A DNA stretch of 52,437 nt from a bacterium (lineage in GTDB: Bacteria > JACRDZ01 > JAQUKH01), in the NCBI GenBank assembly GCA_028719205.1, contig JAQUKH010000001.1, forward strand, positions 144,603-197,039, read 5' to 3'. Made by a program: the position numbers and the translations under genes. Below are positions 36,917 through 46,266 of this stretch, in pieces. Under the pieces are notes generated by a model. It was not told the origin of the DNA. It made no database searches and worked only from the letters and a program-made list of their open reading frames with translations. The first letter of the stretch is position 1. Each line of letters starts with the position of its first letter.

Positions 36917-37803
36917 TTAGATACCGTTAAACCTGAATCTGTTCCTAACAACAAAATATCTTTAGAGTCTTTGTAAATAGTATTGATCGCATTGTTTTTT
37001 AATCCCGGATTTAGTTCCTGCCATTTATTGTTCTTTATCGTTTGTATTTCCCCCGACCTCGTCCCAACCATCAAAGAACCATTTTTATCTAAATAAACCG
37101 ATGAAACCTGATCATCCTTTAATTTACTATTTCCAGTATTATAGATTATCCATATATGATTGTTATACTTAAACAGGCCTTTATTTGTAGCCAACCATAA
37201 ATTATCATAATCATCTATCAGAATATTATTTATTTCAAAATCCTCTAAATCGCTGGTGTCAAGTTTCAATTCCTCTAAAATGTCATTTTTAATAAAGTAA
37301 ATGCCGGACTTTGCGCCGATCCAAATATCCCCTGAAGCAGAAAAAACAATACTATTTACATCCCAAACAGGATAAGTCTTAAATTTGTCACCATTATACA
37401 TAACAAGTAAATCATTATTACGTCCGATCCACAAATTATCATTTTTATCAACCGCTAAACTTTGTATGTAAGAATCTTCTCTCCCCATTCCGAACGGCGT
37501 AATAATTTTTTCTTCATTTCCGATATTGAGACAAACTACATTTTTCCCTATTCCAAAATAAATATTTTTTTTAGCGTCTTCTGCTATTCCTGTTACCTTC
37601 TCACCTTTTTTAATATTTTTTGCGTCATTATATTTTTCATCCTTTATCCTATAAATACCGCCGGATGTAGCGATCCATAAATCATTCATTGAACTGGAAT
37701 ATATAAAATTTATCTTATCCTTTAGTAATACTTTCTGTTCACAGCTTACCGAGCTTACCAAAACCATCATAATAAATATTTGTAATATTATTTTATTTTT
37801 CAT
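36913..37803 (-). CDS. Beta-propeller lipoprotein (Reg_prop-type repeats, no kinase domain)
   Basis: Lipobox-like SVSC; repeated D..(G/D)NLW(I/L)(G/A)T..G(I/L) blades. Confidence 0.75.
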   Translation of the reverse strand: MKNKIILQIFIMMVLVSSVSCEQKVLLKDKINFIYSSSMNDLWIATSGGIYRIKDEKYNDAKNIKKGEKVTGIAEDAKKNIYFGIGKNVVCLNIGNEEKIITPFGMGREDSYIQSLAVDKNDNLWIGRNNDLLVMYNGDKFKTYPVWDVNSIVFSASGDIWIGAKSGIYFIKNDILEELKLDTSDLEDFEINNILIDDYDNLWLATNKGLFKYNNHIWIIYNTGNSKLKDDQVSSVYLDKNGSLMVGTRSGEIQTIKNNKWQELNPGLKNNAINTIYKDSKDILLLGTDSGLTVSK

Positions 37804-37808
37804 AAATT

Positions 37809-39599
37809 TTATTCACCAATCATTTTTAGCGCTTTTTCTATTTCAACTTTTATTTTTTCATTTTGAATTGACGCTAATTTGCTCTTTAAAGAAGAAATTG
37901 CCGATTTATCCCTGATCTCTCCCAAAGAACGAATTATCCCGATTAAAGTAATTTCCTTTGAATTATCAAGGTTTTTAATCAACTCAGGAACTGACACAGT
38001 TCCTAAATCACGCAGGGCATAAATTGCCCTATATCTCAACGCTGAGTCTTCAGATCCTAAAACCTCGATCAAGGATGGTATTACTTCTTTATGTTTTAGT
38101 TTCACAAGCACATAAGCAATATTCATTTTGCTCCATAGGTCCTCAACGCTCAGTTCTTTTATTAATTCAGGCAAATTATTCTCTCCAAACTCAATAAGTA
38201 TTTCAGTCGCGGTTGCAGTCTGCAGATCATCCTGATCTTCTTTTAAAACATTTATTAACGCGGGAACCGTTTGTTTACCTATCTGTAACAACATTTTCTT
38301 ACTTTCATCCTTACTATTCTTATCTTTTAATCCATCTACCAAAGTTTCAATTGAAAGAGGGGTTCTTTTTACTATAATAGCCCTGATTCTTTCCCTAAAC
38401 GGATCAAGCCCTTTTTCCTCCTTTATTAAAGCATCTAAAAGGGTCTTATCAACATTTTTATCTTTAAGCCTTATCATTATATCTTCCGCGTCATAAGAAA
38501 AGTCTTTAACGGCAAATAATCTTAATAAAAAAAGAAAATTTCCACCGCCTAAATTAACCAAAGCATCTTTATAATAACCTCTTATGTTTATATCATCAGC
38601 CTTTATTAACCTGTTTAATATTTCAGTCGCGTAATAATCTCTCGGTTCCATTTTAGTCGTTAAGTGATTTCTTACTTTTTCTGAAGGATCAGTTATATTA
38701 TCTAAAAGAAAAACTTTAAGATCATCTGACTTTTGGCTGCAAAGAATGTCAATTATCACGATTTTTTTGTTTTCATCCTTGGATTCTTTCCAAACACTGT
38801 TTAAATTATCCGCCACTACACAACTATCAGGATAATTACATAAAAAATTAGTTATTTCTTCCTCCAACCTGCCGCCGGCCGTCTTAAATAACTCTACGGC
38901 TGATATTACAGCATCCTCTTTTCTTTCATTGATCATTTCCTTAGCTAAAAGGTTAACCGGTTCAATCACGCTAGCGGACAACTTTACGATCTCCATTAAA
39001 GCTTCTTTAGTATTCGCATTAATTATTTCCTCTGTAATTATTTTTGCCGTAATATAATTTTTTTCATCTTTTTCCTGAAGGTTTAAAAACAAAGGCTCAA
39101 TTAATTTAACACCTAAAAGCGGCATTTGTTTTACTAAAATTTTATTTTCAGGAAATTGGTTTAAATAATTTATTAACGGCCTGATAACTTCTTTATCGTC
39201 TGTTTTAACAAGGGCAATAATGGCTTCGTTGTTTATATCTATTTTTTCAGAAGGATTTAAACACTCCGATAGAAAAACTATATTATCATTTAACCTCATT
39301 TCTCCCAAGGCATAAATAATGTTTCTTTTTGCCTCGTAAGAGCTGCCGGCGTAAATATTTTTAAGATCGGCACTTGCGGATACCTTATCTAAACCGGCAA
39401 GCACATAAATAGCCGCGATCTTATATTCATCATTCTCATCAGTAAGATATTTTTTTACAGAGTTATAGTCTTTAGAATTTTTCATTTCAGAAAGCACCGC
39501 AGCTGCATTATTATGGAATGTAATATCAGACTTTGCGCTGATCGAACTAAATGAAAATATTATTGTAACTACTAATAGTATTAACGTTTTTCTTTTCAT
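37809..39599 (-). CDS. Exported HEAT-repeat protein
   Basis: Signal peptide; repeats such as IIYALGE, VPALINVL, IPSLIEVL..R..AI.AL, IIRSLGEI. Confidence 0.75.
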   Translation of the reverse strand: MKRKTLILLVVTIIFSFSSISAKSDITFHNNAAAVLSEMKNSKDYNSVKKYLTDENDEYKIAAIYVLAGLDKVSASADLKNIYAGSSYEAKRNIIYALGEMRLNDNIVFLSECLNPSEKIDINNEAIIALVKTDDKEVIRPLINYLNQFPENKILVKQMPLLGVKLIEPLFLNLQEKDEKNYITAKIITEEIINANTKEALMEIVKLSASVIEPVNLLAKEMINERKEDAVISAVELFKTAGGRLEEEITNFLCNYPDSCVVADNLNSVWKESKDENKKIVIIDILCSQKSDDLKVFLLDNITDPSEKVRNHLTTKMEPRDYYATEILNRLIKADDINIRGYYKDALVNLGGGNFLFLLRLFAVKDFSYDAEDIMIRLKDKNVDKTLLDALIKEEKGLDPFRERIRAIIVKRTPLSIETLVDGLKDKNSKDESKKMLLQIGKQTVPALINVLKEDQDDLQTATATEILIEFGENNLPELIKELSVEDLWSKMNIAYVLVKLKHKEVIPSLIEVLGSEDSALRYRAIYALRDLGTVSVPELIKNLDNSKEITLIGIIRSLGEIRDKSAISSLKSKLASIQNEKIKVEIEKALKMIGE

Positions 39600-39608
39600 A
39601 TTTTTATT

Positions 39609-40190
39609 TTATTTTTTTACAACCGGGGCCGGTTTTTGATCCTTTACCTCAACAGGGAATATTGGTTGTGTAAGTTCTATTTTTTCTTTAATCTTCGGGA
39701 TTTCTGCTTTAGCCAGCGCGATCCATTTACTTCTTTGGGTAAGAGAATAATCCTTTGGGACATGGACATTTTCAATATTATTTGTCTTTATACTTCTAAC
39801 CTGATCTTCAGTCAAGGGAATATATGAATCTGCTATCATTTCTTTAGGATTATGCCTGGCAGGTTCAGCCTCGCGTATTCCATCAGGATAAATTGGATCG
39901 CCCAGTATCATCCCGGCTTCCAAGTCACTTGCGGGAAATTTTTTCACGGTATAAGAGGTAAGTATCTGCTCTACTGTTTCCTGAGCCCATAAAGCCTGTT
40001 TATAATAATCAAAAGCCTTTGGAATATCTCCTTTATTTTCCCATTCAACACCCATAGCGTAATATTCCCTGCCTTCATTATATGCCTCTTTCGCGCGCGC
40101 AAGGACCTCAAATACTGTCATGGCAATAGTAATAAGATAAACAACAAAAATTATCAATAACGCTTTAAATATTTTTTTAGGTGTTAACAT
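39609..40190 (-). CDS. Membrane-anchored hypothetical protein (TPR-like helices with an inserted domain)
   Basis: N-terminal TM; YYAMG..AFDYYKQAL; internal LEAGMILGDPIY..LTEDQV..I..VHV segment. Confidence 0.6.
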   Translation of the reverse strand: MLTPKKIFKALLIIFVVYLITIAMTVFEVLARAKEAYNEGREYYAMGVEWENKGDIPKAFDYYKQALWAQETVEQILTSYTVKKFPASDLEAGMILGDPIYPDGIREAEPARHNPKEMIADSYIPLTEDQVRSIKTNNIENVHVPKDYSLTQRSKWIALAKAEIPKIKEKIELTQPIFPVEVKDQKPAPVVKK

Positions 40191-40873
40191 TAATCTCTCC
40201 TATTCCTTAAAATTAATAATCTTATTAATTGCATTGCGGCCATAGCAGTTGCCGCGACATAAGTGAGAGCGGCCGCGTTCAAAACTTTACGGCTTCCTTC
40301 CAATTCTTCGTCAGATAAAAATTTATTTCCCTGTAAATTTGCCAATGCCAAACGGCTTGCGTTAAATTCAACCGGCAGCGTAATTATATGAAACAACACA
40401 GCTAAACTAAAAAGCAATATTCCAATATCCATCAATATTCCCGCTGATCTAAAGAAGAAACCGATAAAAAACAGAGGAATAGCCAGTTGAGAGCCTATAT
40501 TTGCCGCCGGGACAATTGATGAACGGATTTGCATCGGGAAATAACCGTTTCTGTCCTGAATCGCATGCCCGACTTCATGAGCCGCAATTCCAAGCGCGGA
40601 TAAAGAATTGCTGTTATAAACCTCATATGAAAGCTTTAATTTTTTGCTTCGCGGGTCATAATGATCTGTTAAAACTCCGGGCTGCACTTCAACACTGACA
40701 GATAAGCCGTTGTTGACAATCATCTGTTTAGCGGCATCCGCTCCTGACATACCACGCGACGACTTTATTTTTGCGTATTTTTCATATGTTGATTTCACTT
40801 TAAATTGCGCGTAAAAAGCAAAAGCAAGCGCAGGCAGCAAAAATATCATTGATGGATCAAAAAATGGAAACAT
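40190..40873 (-). CDS. Neutral zinc metallopeptidase (YugP / Zn_peptidase_2 family)
   Basis: LTDHYDP, AAHEVGHAIQ (HExxH), TLPVEFNAS.RA, AAALTYVA; AAGGAG SD. Confidence 0.92.
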   Translation of the reverse strand: MFPFFDPSMIFLLPALAFAFYAQFKVKSTYEKYAKIKSSRGMSGADAAKQMIVNNGLSVSVEVQPGVLTDHYDPRSKKLKLSYEVYNSNSLSALGIAAHEVGHAIQDRNGYFPMQIRSSIVPAANIGSQLAIPLFFIGFFFRSAGILMDIGILLFSLAVLFHIITLPVEFNASRLALANLQGNKFLSDEELEGSRKVLNAAALTYVAATAMAAMQLIRLLILRNRRD

Positions 40874-40943
40874 TCTGAAATCACTCCTTCTTTACTTTTG
40901 TTTTGGAATATGTATTATATCAAAATATTTATTAAAAGCAAAT

Positions 40944-43037
40944 TTATTTTCCAAAATTCATCGCAAGTAAAGCCAGGTCATTCCCGTCAATTATCAGATC
41001 TTCATTTAAATCCGCGTAAAGATTCCAATTGGAATTTTGAGGATTAGATCCGAAAGCTTTTGCCATATCATATAAATCATGGCCGTCAACACGGTCGGCC
41101 GAACCCGAAGAAACCGTATCAATATTACCCATAGGCTTGCTCAAATATTTAAGCCCGATAGCCATAACCGCTTCAGCAATTGCTCCATCACTATAAGTGA
41201 CCTTGACCTTGACATTATATGTACCTATTATATTATAGGTGAAGTTTAGGGTCTTAACGGTTGTTGTTGTCTCATATTTATCATCCCCATTAAAATCCCA
41301 TTCGTATTTAATAATATCGCCGTCTAAAGCTGTTGTATCAGCGGTAAAATTCACTAACCAGGGTGAATGGGATAAAATTTCGGCTGTAAGTTTTACTACC
41401 GGCTGTTGAACAAGTGAAATTTTCGCGGTCATGATATCGCCATAATTCGAAACACCGGTAATCGCGATCCTGGTATGAGTATTATTTTTTAATCTGGAAC
41501 CGGGGATTGTATCATTAGTAAAATCCGAATTATTTCCTGAAAAGAAAAACATATTCTTATCGAGAGGAGTTTGTTCGGTATCCAACTGACTGAAGCCTAA
41601 AATACCTTCATCGGCCTCTTCAACATCCACACCTTTATCGTTCACATCAGCATTAACATCGTTAAAGTTGAAGTTCGAAGACGTAAGTTTTGAATTATCA
41701 ATATGATAAATAACCACTCCTCCGTGGCCTGATGCCTCTTCAAAACGCTGGAAGCCCATGTCATATCCTGAAAACTGCCGGTTTTCCAAAAGAAAATATT
41801 GATCCGGATCTGATGTGTTAACCCGGAAAACAGATGAACCATCACTGTCAGTCTTTGGAAGCGTAATATCCTGTCCGGAATCTATTGTTGTTACTTTCCC
41901 CCATGAAAGATATTCTTTACTCCATGCTGATAATTGTGTAGGCATAGACCCGTGAAATTCTCCTGTTTTTGATGCCCAGCTGCCATTTCCCATTAAATCA
42001 AAAAATCCTACGCCATAAGAATCCCCGTTTCCAGGATTGGTATCGTATAAATCCGGCAGTGAAAAAATTAAATGTCCGAGTTCATGCGCCATTATTCCGA
42101 TAGTAGCAAGGTGATCTCCGTGCCTTTCGCCTATTTCACAATAGTCCTCTATCGTTATCGTACTATCAACTATCGGATAACCTACCGAAAACATAGACCA
42201 TCGATGGCCCCAGATTGATGGTGCAGCAGGACCCGCGGAACGTTCATATCCCGCGACAATAATTATAATTGAAAGCTCATCAGTAGAAATAGTACTATCC
42301 TTATTGTAATCGTACGATGCATAGTTAATATATGGATCTGCTAGTGTAATCGCGTCTTTGGCAATCTGTTGATTCGTAGAATCAGAAATAACATCAGTAG
42401 AATCACCTGTATTTGGATGTTTGTAAGGCAAATGCAGCCACCCAATTATACCGTCATCTGTTACCCCGGAGGTTTCAGACGCAGGACTAATGGATACCGC
42501 GGAATATGACACTTTTTGATAATAGTCCGAAACACTGCTGGTTTCTCCAAAAAATAAAGGTTGAATATCCAACGGGTCATATGTTCCGGCAGTATCTAAA
42601 AAATCAACACAGATAACTAATAGCTTTCTGTCTCCCGCAACCGGATTACTTTCGGTTAAACTATTTCTCGAACCAAAATCGATATTACCATTTCTATATT
42701 TAATTGATTCTTTCTTAACAGACTGGTATGAATTCAAACCTTTGGGTATATTAAATTTAGAAGGCTCTACTTCCCCGACAACCAGCCTTGAAACATTATC
42801 GGACTGATAATATTCCCAATTGCCGTTAGCCGCGTTTTTGTAAATTCCATAACCTTCTTTTGTTGTGATCCAATTATACCTTTCATCACCATGAAGCCTT
42901 GCTTTAAAAGTTTTCCCGGAAGGTTGCTTTAATATAATAAGGTTATTATCAGCCGGCCCGGCATTTGCTTTTAAGGATAAACCTAATAATAGAAATATCG
43001 ACAAAAACAAAATTTGCCTGTTCATCATTATTTTCAT
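40944..43037 (-). CDS. M6-family (immune inhibitor A-like) metalloprotease with PKD and C-terminal dockerin-like domain
   Basis: Signal peptide; QPSG..GDE propeptide; IWGHRW, HELGH..SLPDLY, LMGNGSW, W.K..L.W, YFLLENR; PKD YEWDFNGD; tail RVDGHDL...ADLNEDLIIDGNDL...FGK. Confidence 0.88.
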   Translation of the reverse strand: MKIMMNRQILFLSIFLLLGLSLKANAGPADNNLIILKQPSGKTFKARLHGDERYNWITTKEGYGIYKNAANGNWEYYQSDNVSRLVVGEVEPSKFNIPKGLNSYQSVKKESIKYRNGNIDFGSRNSLTESNPVAGDRKLLVICVDFLDTAGTYDPLDIQPLFFGETSSVSDYYQKVSYSAVSISPASETSGVTDDGIIGWLHLPYKHPNTGDSTDVISDSTNQQIAKDAITLADPYINYASYDYNKDSTISTDELSIIIIVAGYERSAGPAAPSIWGHRWSMFSVGYPIVDSTITIEDYCEIGERHGDHLATIGIMAHELGHLIFSLPDLYDTNPGNGDSYGVGFFDLMGNGSWASKTGEFHGSMPTQLSAWSKEYLSWGKVTTIDSGQDITLPKTDSDGSSVFRVNTSDPDQYFLLENRQFSGYDMGFQRFEEASGHGGVVIYHIDNSKLTSSNFNFNDVNADVNDKGVDVEEADEGILGFSQLDTEQTPLDKNMFFFSGNNSDFTNDTIPGSRLKNNTHTRIAITGVSNYGDIMTAKISLVQQPVVKLTAEILSHSPWLVNFTADTTALDGDIIKYEWDFNGDDKYETTTTVKTLNFTYNIIGTYNVKVKVTYSDGAIAEAVMAIGLKYLSKPMGNIDTVSSGSADRVDGHDLYDMAKAFGSNPQNSNWNLYADLNEDLIIDGNDLALLAMNFGK

Positions 43038-43038
43038 C

Positions 43039-43608
43039 CTATTGATAATTTAAACTCCCGCCGATCCATGATGTGCCGGCGATATTGGGATTATGCGCGT
43101 TTGATGATTTCAAAGCGCTATTCTGGACATTAAATCCTATAGCAGTATTCGCCTGCGTTGTTAGCGCCCTAAAAACAATAGTAACTAACGTTCCATCTCC
43201 ATTTGCGCCCGGAACATCTCCTTTTTTATCACTACCGACCAGTAAGGTACCTTCCTTTCCCCTATCCAGCATAGCGGAAAATACAATATCTCCTTCCGTA
43301 CCTAAATAATCTCCTTTTCTTAATGATATATAGTTTATTTTACTGCTATCGTATGTTATTTCAATCGCGGCACCATATACATCCGTCCCGTTTTTTACCT
43401 TAACAGCTAAATTTATCTCATCATTATTTATTGAAACTTGTTCTAAATATACTGTATTATCTGAAGGGGTGCCTGAAGGAGTGAAAGAAATTGTATCACC
43501 TGTACCGGTAAGCGGCATTGATGACCCGCCACCGCTTTTGCCACAACTGTTCAAAATAAATAGGACTGAAATACTTATTATACTTATTAAAAACTTAAAT
43601 CTTCTCAT
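43039..43608 (-). CDS. Cohesin-domain lipoprotein
   Basis: Lipobox LNSC plus G/S linker; cohesin pattern V.VKN..DVYG....ITYD...I......GDYL...G.L..G......G.GTL.TI.F.A; stop codon 1 nt before the protease ATG. Confidence 0.75.
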   Translation of the reverse strand: MRRFKFLISIISISVLFILNSCGKSGGGSSMPLTGTGDTISFTPSGTPSDNTVYLEQVSINNDEINLAVKVKNGTDVYGAAIEITYDSSKINYISLRKGDYLGTEGDIVFSAMLDRGKEGTLLVGSDKKGDVPGANGDGTLVTIVFRALTTQANTAIGFNVQNSALKSSNAHNPNIAGTSWIGGSLNYQ

Positions 43609-43616
43609 ATTTATAT

Positions 43617-43646
43617 ATTATACCGTAATATTGGATAAAAAATCAA
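43617..43646 (-). promoter_or_regulatory. Candidate sigma70 promoter of the cohesin-protease pair, near-leaderless
   Basis: TTGATT-N18-TATAAT, 8 nt before ATG 43608. Confidence 0.5.
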
Positions 43647-43661
43647 CCTAAAACTGCTATT

Positions 43662-44567
43662 TTATTCCCCCAGAACTTTAATTTCCGGCTCCAGGTTAAC
43701 TCCAAATTTGTTATAAACTCTTTTCTGGATTTCTTTTATCAAAGAAAGAACATCAAATGCCTTAGCTTTATCAGGATCCACATTTATAATGAAACCGGCA
43801 TGTTTTTCTGAAACTCTCATTGAACCAATTTGTAAGCCCTTACAGCCTGATTTATCAATAAGCGCGGCGGCGAATTTCCCGTTCCCGGGATTTTTAAAAA
43901 TACTTCCCGCGCTGTGATATTCCAATGGCTGTGTTTCTTTTCTTTTTTTTATATATCCATCAATCCGTTCTTTTATGTCTTGCGGCGAATCCTTTTTTAA
44001 TAAAAGTTCGGCTTTAGTAATTATATCTCCACTCTCACTAAAAATACTTTTTCTGTAACCAAAATCCAGTTCTTCTTTTTTCCATTCTTTTTTCTCTCCG
44101 CCTCCGGAAACTCCCCATATCCTGAGAACAAGATCACCTATACATTTGTCTTTTACACCGGCATTCATTGCCACGGCACCGCCAACATTTCCCGGAATTC
44201 CGATAGCAAATTCCAAACCGCCAAACTCCATTTCCTGCGTGAATCTTACAAGCTTAGGCAATAAAATACCCGCTGACACTTCAAATATATTATTATGTAT
44301 ATCAATTGTATTTAATATTCTTTCGGTCTTAATAACGATCCCTGTGATACCCTTATCCTTTACTAAAACATTTGAGCCGCGCCCTAGCACACACCATGAT
44401 ATATTATTATTACAGGCATACTGCAAAATATTTATTATATCATCTTCATCATGAGGAAAAACTAAAATGTCCGCCGGCCCGCCTACTTTAAAACTTGTAT
44501 GCCGGGACATCGGTTCGTTAAATAATATCTCCCCTTTAATTTTTAATTTTATATTATCTTTATGCAT
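43662..44567 (-). CDS. murB: UDP-N-acetylmuramate dehydrogenase
   Basis: HTSFKVGGPA, G.GSN.L, GIPG.VGGAV.MNAG, F.YR.S, SAGSIFKNP, KHA.FI.N. Confidence 0.96.
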   Translation of the reverse strand: MHKDNIKLKIKGEILFNEPMSRHTSFKVGGPADILVFPHDEDDIINILQYACNNNISWCVLGRGSNVLVKDKGITGIVIKTERILNTIDIHNNIFEVSAGILLPKLVRFTQEMEFGGLEFAIGIPGNVGGAVAMNAGVKDKCIGDLVLRIWGVSGGGEKKEWKKEELDFGYRKSIFSESGDIITKAELLLKKDSPQDIKERIDGYIKKRKETQPLEYHSAGSIFKNPGNGKFAAALIDKSGCKGLQIGSMRVSEKHAGFIINVDPDKAKAFDVLSLIKEIQKRVYNKFGVNLEPEIKVLGE

Positions 44568-44613
44568 TTAAAACTGATACTATCATAAAATATTATTATA
44601 AACAAATATATTA

Positions 44614-44642
44614 TTGTGAAACCATAACCACATGTATATAAT
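44614..44642 (+). promoter_or_regulatory. Candidate sigma70 promoter of the four-gene redox operon
   Basis: TTGTGA-N17-TATAAT, 10 nt before ATG 44653; overlapped by TGTG-N10-CACA dyad. Confidence 0.5.
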
Positions 44643-44652
44643 ATAATAAAAT

Positions 44653-45525
44653 ATGAAAAATATTCTTTTATTGTTCTTTTTGTTATATATGCCAAATTTA
44701 ATCGGCTGTTCAGTAAAAGGCGATAAACTTTATATATTTAAAATTGCTGATATCCCGACTGAAAAAGACTGGGAGAATTCATTATCTTATTATTTACCTG
44801 TAGAAAAAGGAAAACTCAACCAAAGTTCGCCTAAGCTTTCAAAACTGGATAAAGAAACCATTCACGCGTCAAACAAAACATGCCATCATGTGGCCCCGTC
44901 TACCCCGGTTGACATTAAACTTTCGGCTTTCTATAACGAAAGTAATTTGTTTTTAAGGATTCAATGGCCTGATAAAAATAAAGATGATCAGCCGGCAGTA
45001 TGGGATAAAGATACAAAAACATTTGATAAAACCAAAGGCAGTGAAGACGGTTTGGGAATTATCTGGAACAAAGAGAATATTCCATCCGCCAACTGCTTAT
45101 CAAGCTGTCATCTGAATGAATGGCAGGTGCAAAATTCAATACTTACACCAACACATCAGATGAAAACAAAAGATAATGAAATATATGATCTTTGGATATG
45201 GTGGGCAGGCAGGAATACGAAAGATAATTCAATTTGGGAGATAAATATTGATAGTTCAGGTATTGACGAAAACAAATATTTCTTGCAAAATACCGGCAAA
45301 ACACCTAATATATATTCTCAAAGTTTTTATAAGGACGGCTTCTGGACTTTGACTATTACAAGCCCTTTAAATGATAATAACAAAAATTTCATTGCCGGTA
45401 ATTCTTATCATTTTCAAATTGCGGTTTTTGATAACACGTATTCTGATCATAGCATTACTTCCGAAATTCAGGATATGATTTTTATTAAAAATGAGATTAA
45501 ATTTAAAAAGGATGAAATCTTATGA
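44653..45525 (+). CDS. Lipoprotein with an ethylbenzene-dehydrogenase-gamma-like (EB_dh/DOMON) heme domain
   Basis: Lipobox LIGC; A.Y....LFLRIQWPD, EDG..I.W, CLSSCH, DLW.W.AGR, DG.WTL, F.IAVFD. Confidence 0.7.
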   Translation: MKNILLLFFLLYMPNLIGCSVKGDKLYIFKIADIPTEKDWENSLSYYLPVEKGKLNQSSPKLSKLDKETIHASNKTCHHVAPSTPVDIKLSAFYNESNLFLRIQWPDKNKDDQPAVWDKDTKTFDKTKGSEDGLGIIWNKENIPSANCLSSCHLNEWQVQNSILTPTHQMKTKDNEIYDLWIWWAGRNTKDNSIWEINIDSSGIDENKYFLQNTGKTPNIYSQSFYKDGFWTLTITSPLNDNNKNFIAGNSYHFQIAVFDNTYSDHSITSEIQDMIFIKNEIKFKKDEIL

Positions 45526-46265
45526 AAAATTTATTTTTACTGTTTACCGGTTTAATTATTTTGTCCTCAACGAGTAACGCGTTCTTTTGGGATAAGAAAA
45601 AGGATCAACGGTCAGTTATTTCAGGCAAGGCGCTTATGCCTGTGGAAAACATATATATCTATGTTTATAAAGAAGGCAATGACCTGCATGGCCCCCCATA
45701 TACTATCTCCGAGGCAACTAACGCAAATGGTGAATTCAAATTTGAACTGCCGGACGGTTCTTATTTTTTCGCGGCAAGAAAAAGAATGAGCGGAGATCAA
45801 CAAGGGCCTGTACAACCGGGAGATATCAAAAGTGAAACTATCGGGCCTATAAGTATCAAAAACGGAAAGCCTGTTACATTAAATATAGACTGTTTCGTAA
45901 AACAAGGAGATGATAAGGCTATCACCAATCCTTTAGAAACAAGTAAAACCGGCATAAGCGGCACAATTTACGATGCCGATGGTAAACCGGTAGAAGGTGT
46001 CCGGATACATGTATATACATACGTACAGATGTCTGAAAGGCCTAAATTTGTATCAGTTAAAACCGGGCCGGATGGAAAATATATTGTTTATTTACCTCAG
46101 GGAGGAACATATTACCTTTCCGCGCGTGATAAATTCGGAGGGCCTCCTAAAATCGGAGACCTCTATGGCAGATACGATCAGGGAACCATTAATCCATCTG
46201 CCATTATTGTCAAAGATAATGAGATAAAAAAGGATATTAACATTATTGTCAATAAAATATGGTAA
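45522..46265 (+). CDS. Secreted protein with two carboxypeptidase-regulatory-like beta-sandwich repeats
   Basis: Signal peptide; twice ISG....V.VY...T..(N/D)G.(F/Y)...LP.G.Y...AR..GP...GD. Confidence 0.7.
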   Translation: MKNLFLLFTGLIILSSTSNAFFWDKKKDQRSVISGKALMPVENIYIYVYKEGNDLHGPPYTISEATNANGEFKFELPDGSYFFAARKRMSGDQQGPVQPGDIKSETIGPISIKNGKPVTLNIDCFVKQGDDKAITNPLETSKTGISGTIYDADGKPVEGVRIHVYTYVQMSERPKFVSVKTGPDGKYIVYLPQGGTYYLSARDKFGGPPKIGDLYGRYDQGTINPSAIIVKDNEIKKDINIIVNKIW

Positions 46266-46266
46266 G

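Noticed and set aside
44653-45525. Selenocysteine read-through at TGA stops of redox and other genes
   Set aside because: The TGA stops checked (45525, bioB, nadC, hisS) are ATGA/TTGA overlaps with the next start codon and the proteins look complete
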